Positions 48,670 to 59,200 are shown, counted from the stretch's first letter. The stretch is 64,000 nt of DNA from Flavobacteriales bacterium (GCA_040377305.1 JBEIPA010000020.1:34326-98325), one strand, 5' to 3'. Program-made: numbers and translations. Notes: a model not told the origin generated them from the sequence alone.

Positions 48670-51600
48670 TCATTTTTTCCCGCGCTTCAACTCAATAACT
48701 AATTCACTCATCACCTTTCCTCTAATCCCTTCCTTCGCCAACTTATTCGGCTCGGTATCCGGATAAACTCTGTTCGACAGAAACACAAACACCAATCCGG
48801 TTTCAGGATCTGCCCAGGCTTGTGTACCGGTGAAGCCCTGATGACCGAAACTCGCACAGGAAATTGAATCGACTGCTGCATCGGGTTTCTTCGGATCCGG
48901 ATCTGGCTTGTCGAAACAGATTCCGCGACGACAATCTTTCATGGCGTAACCAGTGAAGTCATTAACCGTTTCCGATTTGAAGTAACGTTTGCCGCCGTAT
49001 GTGCCCCCGTTGAGATAAAGCTGCATCATCACGCCCACATCATTTGCGTTGCTGAAGATTCCTGCGTGACCACCTACTCCACCCAACATGGCTGCACCTT
49101 GATCGTGAACATCGCCTTGAAGTTGTTGCTTGCGCCATTTGGTGTCGTTCTCGGTTGGAGCACAACGCGCACTTGCAAAACGCAAACGAGGCTGATAACC
49201 CATCGTGGTCAGTCCGAGCGGCTTGTAGAAATTCTGCATCACGTATTCGCTTTCACGCAGATTGCTTTTCTCTTCGATAATTTGTTTTACGTAGTAATAT
49301 CCCAAATCGCTGTAGAGATACTTGTGATCAGGATTCACATTGCACGCATTAATCTTCTTGTAAATACTGTCGTGATAATGTGCCTGTATCCACATGTTGG
49401 GTGCTACGTAAAACGGAAATGAATCTGTACGCGTTTTGTTGTAGACTTTCGTATCCCAATTTCCATTGGCGTCCAACGTTTTCTCGTAGAAAGGAATCCA
49501 TGCGGGAAGTCCAGCTGTATGCGTCATCATATTGCGGATGACCATGTTCTCCTTGTTGGTGTTCTTCACCATGGGAAGATGTTTACCAAGCGAATCACTG
49601 AGCTTAATCGTGCCGTCATCAACCATCTTCATCAAACTCGGAGCAGACGCCATGATCTTGGTCACCGAAGCAACGTCATACAAATCCATGTTGTTCACCG
49701 CGTGCTTCTTCTCGTACGTGAAATGACCATACGATTTCATGAGAAACACTTTCCCGTCTTTCGCAGCGAAAACCTGACAACCAGGATACGCTTTGTCTGC
49801 AATTCCTTTGTTCACGATGGAATCAATACGCGCCAATGTCTTCAGACTAAATCCGATTTCCTCGGGCACCGTGTATTTCAACCGCGATGAAACAGTTGCG
49901 ATTCCTGTCTGTGCCTTCCAACCATTCAACGTAACGGGCAGATTTCCCTGACAAGAAATTCCACCGAACACAGCTTGCGCAGCCAGATCTTCGATGTACG
50001 ACTGATCTTCATAAGCCTGAATCACCGCGTCACACTCTTCTATGCGCTTGATTTCATTCAACGCATAAGGTGAACCGAACAACACTGCAACAATTTTCTT
50101 ATTCAGCTTCAGTAAGGTGTCAATGAGCTTGTCGGGAACATCAGAGAGTCCGCCGTAATTGTTTGCCGGACGTTGAGACACTTTGTGAATGGCCATTACA
50201 ATTACATCGTGATTCGACAGATACGCAATCATGGAATCGATGGAATCTTTCTTTGCATCGTATGGAATTGCGTATGGTTTCACCGGTGCATAGTATGAAC
50301 TACGTTCCTGGAACATGTTATTTTTTGAATGTCCGACAGAAACAACTGCGAGATTCAGTGTATCCAGATTGGTTAGCGGCACCAATGAATTTTTGTTGTT
50401 TAAAAGTGTCATCGAGGCTTCTCCGATCTCCCGGCACAACCACTGTGCGTTACGGTCGTTCAGTGATTCAAATAAACCCTTTGACTTAAGACGCTTGCGC
50501 TTGTCTAATCCAACCCATTTTTTTGTCGCGAGAATCTTTTTGCAACGAAAATCGATTTCCGCTTGTGAGATTTCACCTTTCGTAATTGCTTCCTGTATGA
50601 GTGTAATTGCCTTCGGAACATCGCCGGAGAAAAGAATGACGTCGTTGCCTGCTACTAATGCTTTCACATCCAGTGCGCCCGGACCGTAATACTTACTTAC
50701 GCCTTTCATGTTCAACGCATCGGTAATCACGAGTCCTTTGAAACGCATTTCCTGTTTGAGCAATGTATCGACTACGTATCGCGAAAGTGTGGTTGCCTGA
50801 TTCGCTGTTGTGTCAAGCGCCGGAATGTACAAATGCGCTACCATCATACTTCCAACTCCTGAACGAATCATTTCACGGAAAGGATAAAGCTCCAGTGAAT
50901 CCAATCGCTCACGTGTTGCGTTGATTTGCGGAAGTGTCTTGTGCGAATCGGAATCTGTATCTCCATGTCCGGGGAAATGTTTTGCACAAGCGAGAATGCG
51001 GTTATCCTGCAAGCCATTTGAATACATGATCGCTTTCTCGGCAACATCGTATTTGTTTTCTCCGAAAGCTCGAGTTCCAATCACCGGATTATTCGGATTG
51101 TTGTTCACGTCAGCAACCGGAGAAAAACTCACGTTCACTCCAAGCAGACTGCACTGACGAGCCATTTCTACTCCGTACCAATACACCAGTGAATCATTGT
51201 CCATTGCACCGAGCTGCATCTGATGCGGGAAGTTGATGCAACTGTCAATGCGCATCACCGGTCCCCACTCTGCATCCATTCCAATAAGCAGCGGAACTTT
51301 TGCTTCTCCCTGATAACGATTCGTGAGATTCACTTGTCGCACCGGGCCGCCTTGCATGAAAATGAGGCCACCGACTTTCTGCGTTTTGATGAGCTCTGAA
51401 ATTTCGTTTTCGTGTTTCTTGTCTTTATTCGACCACGCAGCGACCATGAATAACTGACCTATTCTTTCTTCGGGTGTCATTGAATTAAAAACAGAATCCA
51501 CCCATTTCGAATTCGTGTCGTTGAGAAATGCAGGCGCCACAGCAAGATCAAACTTGTTGATTTGTGCAGGCGAACGATCCGGATCATCGGCATATGCGTC

Positions 51601-51684
51601 TTGCCGATCAAAAGCCAACAGCACGAACACCACGATCATCGGGATAAACAGAAGGAGGGAAAAAGAGATTTTTCTAATCATCAC
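48670..51684 (-). CDS. GH3 beta-N-acetylglucosaminidase fused to a beta-lactamase-like serine hydrolase (NagZ-AmiE-like)
   Basis: DAEWG, KHFPGHGDT..DSH, ITDALNM; ASVTK (SxxK), YSD, GHAG, FGHQGFTGT. Confidence 0.92.
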   Translation of the reverse strand: MMIRKISFSLLLFIPMIVVFVLLAFDRQDAYADDPDRSPAQINKFDLAVAPAFLNDTNSKWVDSVFNSMTPEERIGQLFMVAAWSNKDKKHENEISELIKTQKVGGLIFMQGGPVRQVNLTNRYQGEAKVPLLIGMDAEWGPVMRIDSCINFPHQMQLGAMDNDSLVYWYGVEMARQCSLLGVNVSFSPVADVNNNPNNPVIGTRAFGENKYDVAEKAIMYSNGLQDNRILACAKHFPGHGDTDSDSHKTLPQINATRERLDSLELYPFREMIRSGVGSMMVAHLYIPALDTTANQATTLSRYVVDTLLKQEMRFKGLVITDALNMKGVSKYYGPGALDVKALVAGNDVILFSGDVPKAITLIQEAITKGEISQAEIDFRCKKILATKKWVGLDKRKRLKSKGLFESLNDRNAQWLCREIGEASMTLLNNKNSLVPLTNLDTLNLAVVSVGHSKNNMFQERSSYYAPVKPYAIPYDAKKDSIDSMIAYLSNHDVIVMAIHKVSQRPANNYGGLSDVPDKLIDTLLKLNKKIVAVLFGSPYALNEIKRIEECDAVIQAYEDQSYIEDLAAQAVFGGISCQGNLPVTLNGWKAQTGIATVSSRLKYTVPEEIGFSLKTLARIDSIVNKGIADKAYPGCQVFAAKDGKVFLMKSYGHFTYEKKHAVNNMDLYDVASVTKIMASAPSLMKMVDDGTIKLSDSLGKHLPMVKNTNKENMVIRNMMTHTAGLPAWIPFYEKTLDANGNWDTKVYNKTRTDSFPFYVAPNMWIQAHYHDSIYKKINACNVNPDHKYLYSDLGYYYVKQIIEEKSNLRESEYVMQNFYKPLGLTTMGYQPRLRFASARCAPTENDTKWRKQQLQGDVHDQGAAMLGGVGGHAGIFSNANDVGVMMQLYLNGGTYGGKRYFKSETVNDFTGYAMKDCRRGICFDKPDPDPKKPDAAVDSISCASFGHQGFTGTQAWADPETGLVFVFLSNRVYPDTEPNKLAKEGIRGKVMSELVIELKRGKK

Positions 51685-51817
51685 GTCTAATTACAATTCG
51701 CTTAAAAGTATAGACAAACGCTGTGCCCGATCGTTGGACTCATAGCGGGTTTTCACCAAATCATTGTTAATCTGAAGCAGGGACAAGCGTGTACTTTCGG
51801 CTGACAACCGTAGTATT

Positions 51818-51887
51818 GACCACTAAGCACACAAAGACACGAAGATTGTTGATTCTTTTCCTTTGTGTCTTCGTGAACTTAGTGGTC
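51818..51887. repeat. inverted pair (ACCACTAAG family)
   Basis: gaccactaagcacacaaagacacgaag / ctttgtgtcttcgtgaacttagtggtc. Confidence 0.75.
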
Positions 51888-51944
51888 CAAAAGCCCATCA
51901 ATTGTGTAAATTTACAGGCGTTTAACCCGCTGAAGAAAGTGCCC

Positions 51945-53804
51945 GTGAGTCTCGATATAATCTCTGTCCTTCCCGATTCAGTTGCCAACCAGATTGCCGC
52001 AGGAGAAGTAATCCAGCGACCAGCATCTGCCGTGAAGGAATTAATGGAAAATGCCGTTGACGCCGGCGCCGATTTTGTGAAGCTGATTGTGAAAGATGCG
52101 GGACGCACACTCATTCAGGTTGTTGACGACGGCAAAGGAATGTCGGCTACCGATGCCCGCTTGTGTTTCGAGCGACATGCGACTTCAAAAATCAGAGTTG
52201 CAGACGATTTGTGGGCGCTCAACACCATGGGATTCCGTGGTGAAGCATTGGCTTCGATTGCTGCTGTCGCTCAGGTTGAAATGAAATCGCGTCGTGAAGA
52301 AGATGCAATGGGCACGCTCATTCAGATCGAAGGCACAGAAGTGAAATTGCAGGAACCTTGCGCAGCTCCGAAAGGAACTTCAATCAGCATGAAGAATCTG
52401 TTCTACAATGTTCCGGCGCGCAGAAACTTCCTGAAATCAGACGGTGTAGAATTCCGGCATATTCTCGAAGAGTTCGAACGCATTGCATTTGCAAATCCTA
52501 CGGTTGGATTCGCACTCTGGCACAACGGCAATGAAATGTATCGCCTCGAAGCCGGAACAACGGAAGAGCCTCGTGCTTCTTTGCGTCAGCGCATTCTTGC
52601 TTTGTACGGAACACCTTATAATCAACGATTAGTTCCGCTAGAGGAAGATGCTGGCATTGTAAAGATTTCCGGATTTGTAATCAAACCTGAATTCACACGC
52701 AAGACACGCGGCGAGCAGTTCTTCTTCCTCAACAGAAGATTCATTCGCAATTCATATCTGCATCACGCAGTTCAAAGTGCATTCGAACAGTTACTACCTC
52801 AGGGGAATTTCCCTGGATATTTCATTTTTCTGGATGTTGATCCGAAAACGATAGACGTAAACATTCACCCAACGAAAACGGAAGTGAAGTTTGAAGATGA
52901 ACGTTCGATTTACATGGTGCTTCGTTCGTCTGTGAAAAAATCACTCGGACAATACAACATTGCTCCTACCCTCGACTTCGAACAGGAAATGAGCATGGAA
53001 ATTCCGTTGCCGAATTCACAGCCCATCCGTATGCCGGAGATCAAGGTGAATCCTTCTTTTAATCCGTTTGAGAAAGACTCACACAAAACTTCCGTTTACA
53101 ACGAACCTCGGGAGAAAAGCAATGTGCAGAACTGGGAATCCATGTTCAATCAGCACATTCATTCAATGCCTGGTGCGGATGTGATTCCGGCCGTGCAGCA
53201 AGTATTGCATGAATCACAAACCAAACCTGTTTCGGAAGGTGCTTCGTTTATGCAATTGCATGAGCGCTACATCCTTTCTCCAATGAAAAACGGATTATTG
53301 GTGATCGATCAGCAGCGTGCACACGAACGCGTGTTGTACGAGCGTTACATACAGGCGATGGCTCGTCAGCAAGTTCAGATACAACAGAAATTATTTCCCG
53401 AGAACGTGACGTTTTCTCCCGCGCTTACGCACGTTGCAGAAACGCAGATTGAAGCCTTGCAGGCAATTGGCTTTGATATTCACCCGTTCGGACAAGGCAC
53501 ATTTGTTGTACATGGTATTCCGGCGGGCACAGAAGATTACGACGTAGCTCATTTGCTCGAAGAAGTGCTCGAAACCTTTCGGGAAAACGAACAGCAGATG
53601 CATCTCAAACCGCTGGAGAACGTGGCTCGCTCATTAGCGAAACGCGCAGCCATCAAATCGGGAAAATCAATGGGCACGCAGGAAATGCAAGCGCTCTGCG
53701 ACGAGCTTTTCGGTTGTGAACAGCCGGCATTCTCACCCGATGGCAAACCGATTTACATCAACTTCCCGATCGACGAGATCGATAAACGAATGAAACGCTC
53801 ATGA
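51945..53804 (+). CDS. mutL: DNA mismatch repair protein MutL
   Basis: NQIAAGEV, GFRGEAL, DVNIHPTK, DQQRAHER; GTG start inferred. Confidence 0.96.
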   Translation: MSLDIISVLPDSVANQIAAGEVIQRPASAVKELMENAVDAGADFVKLIVKDAGRTLIQVVDDGKGMSATDARLCFERHATSKIRVADDLWALNTMGFRGEALASIAAVAQVEMKSRREEDAMGTLIQIEGTEVKLQEPCAAPKGTSISMKNLFYNVPARRNFLKSDGVEFRHILEEFERIAFANPTVGFALWHNGNEMYRLEAGTTEEPRASLRQRILALYGTPYNQRLVPLEEDAGIVKISGFVIKPEFTRKTRGEQFFFLNRRFIRNSYLHHAVQSAFEQLLPQGNFPGYFIFLDVDPKTIDVNIHPTKTEVKFEDERSIYMVLRSSVKKSLGQYNIAPTLDFEQEMSMEIPLPNSQPIRMPEIKVNPSFNPFEKDSHKTSVYNEPREKSNVQNWESMFNQHIHSMPGADVIPAVQQVLHESQTKPVSEGASFMQLHERYILSPMKNGLLVIDQQRAHERVLYERYIQAMARQQVQIQQKLFPENVTFSPALTHVAETQIEALQAIGFDIHPFGQGTFVVHGIPAGTEDYDVAHLLEEVLETFRENEQQMHLKPLENVARSLAKRAAIKSGKSMGTQEMQALCDELFGCEQPAFSPDGKPIYINFPIDEIDKRMKRS

Positions 53805-54535
53805 ACCAGTTTAAGTTTCGGCCCGTTGGCAATGGAGTAGATATGCAATCGGCGGTGATTAATCTGATCATCATCAACGTGATCTTTTTTATTGCCAAAT
53901 TTTTCGCAAGCTCTAAAGGAATAGATCTGGATAATACGCTGGCTCTTCATCACCCGCTTAGTCCCGATTTTCATTGGTACCAATTCATTACTTGTATGTT
54001 CATGCATGCTAGTTTTATGCATATTCTCTTCAACATGATTGGCCTATTCTTTTTTGGCAGAATGTTGGAGAATGTTTGGGGAACAAAAAGATTCCTGATC
54101 TACTATATGGTTTGTGGTCTGGGAGCTTCGGCTGTTTACATTGGATGGGAAACATTCAGTGCAGTGCGAATGCTTGACCAATATAGTGGTGGAGATGGAT
54201 GGAACACACTCATGAACATGACGGATGACACTTCACGGATTGGAGTGTCAACAGGCATTTATGATATGATCTTTGGCGTGATGTTAGGCGCTTCCGGTGC
54301 AGTGTACGGATTGATTATGGGTGCAGCGATGTTGTTCCCAAATACCACGATCTACGTTTATGGCGCCTTTCCGGTTAAGTTAAAGTGGCTTGCTCTGATT
54401 GTCGGAGTAATTGCATTGTACTCCGGTTATAGTCCGTCAGGAGATCACGTGGCTCATTTCGCCCATCTCGGAGGCATGATATTTGGATTTATTCTGGTAC
54501 AGATTTACAAACGCGATCGCGGCACATTCTATTAG
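53801..54535 (+). CDS. rhomboid intramembrane serine protease
   Basis: HILFNM, GASG, AHLGG. Confidence 0.93.
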   Translation: MNQFKFRPVGNGVDMQSAVINLIIINVIFFIAKFFASSKGIDLDNTLALHHPLSPDFHWYQFITCMFMHASFMHILFNMIGLFFFGRMLENVWGTKRFLIYYMVCGLGASAVYIGWETFSAVRMLDQYSGGDGWNTLMNMTDDTSRIGVSTGIYDMIFGVMLGASGAVYGLIMGAAMLFPNTTIYVYGAFPVKLKWLALIVGVIALYSGYSPSGDHVAHFAHLGGMIFGFILVQIYKRDRGTFY

Positions 54536-54538
54536 GTT

Positions 54539-55378
54539 ATGAGTTTCATGAACGACATCCGGATGCACCTGAAAGGAACTTATCGTTCCATGGTAATCTT
54601 CCTGATCATAAACATCACGATCTTCCTTATTGCCAACCTGCTTGTTCATGCAACAAACCTCGGTGGTGGTGGAGATGGCGCATGGGTGATTGTTCGTAGC
54701 ATGATGTGTTTGCCCGGAGAAATTGAAGAGTTCTTTTCTCACTTCTGGACGCTTGGAACGTACATGTTCTTTCACCTCGATGTGCGCCACGTACTTGGAA
54801 ACATGTTGTGGCTCTATTTCCTTGGACGCATCTTCTGCGATTTGCTGGGAAGCAAGAGAATGGTAACTGTTTATTTGCTCGGTGGAGTTGCGGGCGGAGT
54901 GCTTTATCTCCTCATGGCTCCTTTTATTCCGGGCGGACAATTCTCTTACCTCATGGGTGCTTCAGGTTCTGTGATGGCAATTGTAGCCGGTGTTGCAACA
55001 CACGCTCCGGATTACCGCATTTATCCTTTCGGTATTCCAATGAAACTGAAATGGCTTGCGGTTATTTCTTTCGTTCTAACCACAATCATTGACATGTCGT
55101 CAAATACCGGAGGAAAAGTTGCTCACGTGGGTGGAGCAATATTCGGAATTCTGTGGGCGCTCAATCTGAAAAATCAATGGCTTACGGGTATGTTCAAACC
55201 GAAATCCCGCCTGAACGTTGTTCACAAAAGAAAAATAAGCGACACCGAATACAACGAGAAGAAAGTGGGTGTGCGTTCCCGTGTTGATGAGATACTCGAC
55301 AAAATTTCCCGCTCCGGTTATGACAGCCTGACGAGAGAGGAAAAAGATTTCCTGCAGAAGAATCACGACAAATTCTAG
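54539..55378 (+). CDS. rhomboid protease with C-terminal ILDKI..SGY.SL domain
   Basis: GASG, AHVGG, VDEILDKISRSGYDSLT. Confidence 0.92.
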   Translation: MSFMNDIRMHLKGTYRSMVIFLIINITIFLIANLLVHATNLGGGGDGAWVIVRSMMCLPGEIEEFFSHFWTLGTYMFFHLDVRHVLGNMLWLYFLGRIFCDLLGSKRMVTVYLLGGVAGGVLYLLMAPFIPGGQFSYLMGASGSVMAIVAGVATHAPDYRIYPFGIPMKLKWLAVISFVLTTIIDMSSNTGGKVAHVGGAIFGILWALNLKNQWLTGMFKPKSRLNVVHKRKISDTEYNEKKVGVRSRVDEILDKISRSGYDSLTREEKDFLQKNHDKF

Positions 55379-55384
55379 CCCCAA

Positions 55385-56524
55385 TTGACCGAAAACGTTC
55401 AGATTGAACCTGTACCATCGAGACAAAAGCTCGGCTGGTTCAATCGCATCGTGCTTTTCCTCAACTGGTTTTTCATCGTGTGCTTGTTGTGCGCGAATTT
55501 TTCTCCGTTGGTAAATCCTGCGAAAGTCTGGCCACTGGCATTTCTTGGTCTCGCACAACCGGCCTTGATGCTGGTGAACGTTCTCTTCCTCATTTACTGG
55601 CTAATCCGGAGAAAAAGACAAGTGATGTATACGGTTATCACCTTGCTGATTTCCATGATTCACTTCAGCAAATACTACCAGATCACTTTCGGAGCACAAG
55701 ACCCTGCGCCAGATTCGACCTTCAAGCTCATGACGTGGAACGTGAAGTTGTTCGACCTCTACAACTGGACGGGCAATAAAGAAACCCGTTCGAAAATGTT
55801 TGATCTCATCAAGAATGAAAATCCGGCTGTGCTGTGTTTGCAGGAATTCTATTCGGAAGACACAGGTTCGTTCAACAACCTCGATTCACTACGCGGTCAC
55901 CTCGACTATTCCTATTCGAGTCATGCGTACACAATCACGTTGCGAAAAATCGATCACTGGGGTGTAGCCATATTCTCACGCTACCCGATCATCAACGAAG
56001 GCAAAATTGTATTCAATAACCGAAGCAACAACATTTGCCTGTATTCGGATATCAATGTAAACGGCGACACCATCCGCGTTTATAATATGCACCTGCAATC
56101 CATCAACTTCGGATATTCCGATATTCATTTCGTCGAAACCATGCTGAGCGCAGAGGAGTCCCAGGATGAAATGGAAAATTCCAAGAGTATTTTACGACGC
56201 ATGAAACGCGCTTACACCCGTCGCGCCGAACAAGCCAATGCAATTTCTGCTCACATGGCTACGTGCAAATACCCGATGATCATTTGCGGAGACTTCAATG
56301 ACACGCCTGTCTCCTACTCGTACCGCGTGTTATGCAAAGACATGTCGGATGCATTCCGGGAATCAGGTTCCGGTTTCGGAAAAACGTTTGTGAATCCACT
56401 GCCGCTTCCGCGAATCGACTACATTTTTCATTCGAAGACGTTGCAATCCTGGGAGTTTAATACGATTGAGACGGAAGGGATGAGTGATCATTATCCGGTG
56501 ACTTGTAAGATTAATGCACAATAA
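55385..56524 (+). CDS. endonuclease/exonuclease/phosphatase family membrane protein
   Basis: TWNV, LQE, GDFND, RIDYIF, SDHYPV. Confidence 0.92.
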   Translation: MTENVQIEPVPSRQKLGWFNRIVLFLNWFFIVCLLCANFSPLVNPAKVWPLAFLGLAQPALMLVNVLFLIYWLIRRKRQVMYTVITLLISMIHFSKYYQITFGAQDPAPDSTFKLMTWNVKLFDLYNWTGNKETRSKMFDLIKNENPAVLCLQEFYSEDTGSFNNLDSLRGHLDYSYSSHAYTITLRKIDHWGVAIFSRYPIINEGKIVFNNRSNNICLYSDINVNGDTIRVYNMHLQSINFGYSDIHFVETMLSAEESQDEMENSKSILRRMKRAYTRRAEQANAISAHMATCKYPMIICGDFNDTPVSYSYRVLCKDMSDAFRESGSGFGKTFVNPLPLPRIDYIFHSKTLQSWEFNTIETEGMSDHYPVTCKINAQ

Positions 56525-56583
56525 ACAATGCGCAATACGCAATATCGGGTCGCGTTTGCGCATTGCGTATTGACCATTGAGCA

Positions 56584-57552
56584 TTAAATTTCAATGATCA
56601 CAGCCGGTCTTTGAGTGATTTCGTGATAGCAAAGAACTCCGCCCTCACAGAAATAATGAATCACCAAACTCTTTCGGGTTGAATCCGGAATCGTGACTTC
56701 CTCTCCCCCGTGAAGCAGATTCGCATGCCAGAAAAGCACATCGCCTTTTTTTGCGTGGAAGATTTCCTTCTTCAACTTGTTTTTAGAAACCTGCTCGTCA
56801 ATTTTCTTTTCGAAATTCCCATAGAGATCGTCGCCTACAGACCACGCGCTCGAAGAATGATCGAAATCTTCTCCAAGCACATAAGGCAATTTATGACTGC
56901 CCGGATAATAATGTAACGGGCCTTGTCCTTCGCCAATATCTTCCAACGCAATCCAGGCCGCAACGAGAAATCCTTTTGGCTCCGTAGTCATGTGAATGAA
57001 GTCGGAATGCGTGTGCTGTTCGCTTCCTCTGAAAAAATTGATCGTCTGAAAAGGAACCACTTTCTTTCCGAGTGTGAATGAAAGAAGGTCAATCATCTGC
57101 TCATCATGCACAATTTTCCGAACCGTCTGTGAAGCTTGCCACGAGTTCATCACGCGTGAATTCGTATAATCGAAATCCAGTTCTTCATTCTGCACAATTC
57201 GTTCCATCTCGGTATTCACCTGATCAGCAACATCCCGAAACATTCCGGGAAAAATCATATAGCCCTTGTCAATCCAATTTTCAAACTGCGAAACATACTC
57301 TCTGATAAACGAGCGGGTTTCCGGATTTGCATTTAAACGTGTTCGCGCATCCGGACGATCGAGCCAGGGAATATCTTCAGATGATTTCGAAATGTCTTTG
57401 TGTGAAACAGAACGCACAACCGAGCGATCAATTCCAAATTCATCGTACAGCTTTTTGTTACTCTTGAGCCGGGAATAATGGCGCATGTTGTGCAACAGGT
57501 GAAGGATTTTCAGCCTGCGAAGTGTTGCCCAATATTTGGTCAGAATTCCCAT
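56584..57552 (-). CDS. phytanoyl-CoA dioxygenase family Fe(II)/2OG oxygenase
   Basis: HSD, AWIALED, YPGSH, WHANLLHGG, TRKS. Confidence 0.88.
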   Translation of the reverse strand: MGILTKYWATLRRLKILHLLHNMRHYSRLKSNKKLYDEFGIDRSVVRSVSHKDISKSSEDIPWLDRPDARTRLNANPETRSFIREYVSQFENWIDKGYMIFPGMFRDVADQVNTEMERIVQNEELDFDYTNSRVMNSWQASQTVRKIVHDEQMIDLLSFTLGKKVVPFQTINFFRGSEQHTHSDFIHMTTEPKGFLVAAWIALEDIGEGQGPLHYYPGSHKLPYVLGEDFDHSSSAWSVGDDLYGNFEKKIDEQVSKNKLKKEIFHAKKGDVLFWHANLLHGGEEVTIPDSTRKSLVIHYFCEGGVLCYHEITQRPAVIIEI

Positions 57553-57795
57553 CGTTTTGTGTCTCACAAAGATCGTATTATTCAACAAGCCCGCTAAAAC
57601 AATTGGAGTTCCCTGACTTTCAGGTGTTCCGCTTAAATCCTCGGTCGACAAAAACAAGTTTACCGATACGGTTTTTTGCTATCAAAAGGTTATTTTTGCA
57701 TTGCGTTAAAAATCACGCTTGATTTTGGATTTGATAGTTATGATTTGATATCAGTCCGGAATCACAAATAATAAATCTCAAATCACAATTGGTCT

Positions 57796-59154
57796 ATGTC
57801 ACAGGTTGAATTGATTATGCCCAAAATGGGCGAAAGCGTAAACGAAGCGACCATTATTAAATGGCTCAAGAACGAGGGCGACAAAATTGCACTCGACGAA
57901 CCTGTGCTTGAAATTGCAACCGACAAAGTTGATTCTGAGATTCCTTCACCGTATGAAGGCTTTCTTGCGAAGAAATTATTCAATGACGGCGATGTAGTTC
58001 AGGTTGGTAAAGCTGTGGCGTTAATTTCTACGGAAGCTCCGGTTGCTGGTAATAATGGTTCAGTTTCTACTCCTCCAATCGAAGAGAAAAAAGAATCTGT
58101 TACTTCTTCTGCTCCACTCACGGCAGCTGCTACTGCTACTGCGACAATTAAAAGCAGCGATTCTTCCCGTTTCTATTCTCCGCTGGTAAAAAGCATCGCG
58201 AAACAAGAAGGAATTTCTGTTGCCGAGCTTGATTCCATTTCCGGCTCAGGTCAGCACGGACGCGTTACCAAAAACGACGTTCTCGCTTACATTCCGAATA
58301 AAGGAAAGACTGTTGCTCCTGCAACGAACGGCACAGCTACAACATCAACACCTACGCAGACTCAGACTGCAACTCCAACGACTACTACCACATCGCAGGA
58401 ATCACCTGTTGTGCAAATGAAGCGTCCTGCAGTTTCCCTCATGGGTGGCGACGAAATTATCGAAATGGACCGCATGCGCAAGATCATTGCCGACAACATG
58501 GTGATGAGCAAGCAGGTTTCTCCTCACGTTACATCATACGTTGAAGCCGATGTAACGAATCTGGTGATGTGGCGCGACAAGTACAAGAAAACTTTCGAGA
58601 AGCGTGAGAATGAAAAACTCACATTTACTCCGCTATTCATCGAGTGTATTGTCAAGGCGATCAAAGATTTCCCGATGATCAATATCTCGGTAGACGGAAC
58701 CAAAATCATCGTCCGCAAAAACATTAATATCGGAATGGCTGCAGCGCTTCCTTCAGGAAACCTGATTGTTCCGGTAATCAAGAATGCAGATCGTTTAAAC
58801 CTACTTGGAATTACTAAGTCGGTTAATGACCTTGCTGCCCGTGCGCGTGCCGGTAAGCTTCAGCCTGACGAAATTCAGGGCGGAACTTACACGCTGACCA
58901 ATGTGGGTACCTTCGGAAATGTGATGGGTACTCCGATTATTCCACAACCTCAAGTGGCGATTATGGCAGCGGGAGCTATTCGCAAAAAACCGGCTGTTAT
59001 TGAAACACCACAAGGTGATTCCATCGGTATTCGCCACATGATGTTCCTTTCCCATGCTTACGACCACCGTGTAGTTGATGGTGCGCTTGGCGGACAATTC
59101 GTTCGTCGCGTTGCAGATTACCTGGAGCAGTGGGATGTAAATCGGGAAATCTAA
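57796..59154 (+). CDS. 2-oxoacid dehydrogenase E2 (dihydrolipoamide acyltransferase, branched-chain type likely)
   Basis: Lipoyl motif TDKVDSE, E3-binding GSG..GRVTKND, catalytic DHRVVDG. Confidence 0.93.
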   Translation: MSQVELIMPKMGESVNEATIIKWLKNEGDKIALDEPVLEIATDKVDSEIPSPYEGFLAKKLFNDGDVVQVGKAVALISTEAPVAGNNGSVSTPPIEEKKESVTSSAPLTAAATATATIKSSDSSRFYSPLVKSIAKQEGISVAELDSISGSGQHGRVTKNDVLAYIPNKGKTVAPATNGTATTSTPTQTQTATPTTTTTSQESPVVQMKRPAVSLMGGDEIIEMDRMRKIIADNMVMSKQVSPHVTSYVEADVTNLVMWRDKYKKTFEKRENEKLTFTPLFIECIVKAIKDFPMINISVDGTKIIVRKNINIGMAAALPSGNLIVPVIKNADRLNLLGITKSVNDLAARARAGKLQPDEIQGGTYTLTNVGTFGNVMGTPIIPQPQVAIMAAGAIRKKPAVIETPQGDSIGIRHMMFLSHAYDHRVVDGALGGQFVRRVADYLEQWDVNREI

Positions 59155-59167
59155 GTTTGAATCCTAC

Positions 59168-59200
59168 CCGAGGCAGCAGATACTGCTTCGGTTTTTTTAT
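59168..59200 (+). terminator. intrinsic terminator
   Basis: ccgaggcag-cagata-ctgcttcgg followed by T7. Confidence 0.8.

Noticed and set aside
48670-49900. Beta-lactamase resistance gene
   Set aside because: The serine-hydrolase domain is fused to GH3, typical of peptidoglycan-recycling enzymes
51945-56524. mutL-rhomboid-rhomboid-EEP as a novel system
   Set aside because: A commonly conserved Bacteroidota gene order; nothing unusual seen here
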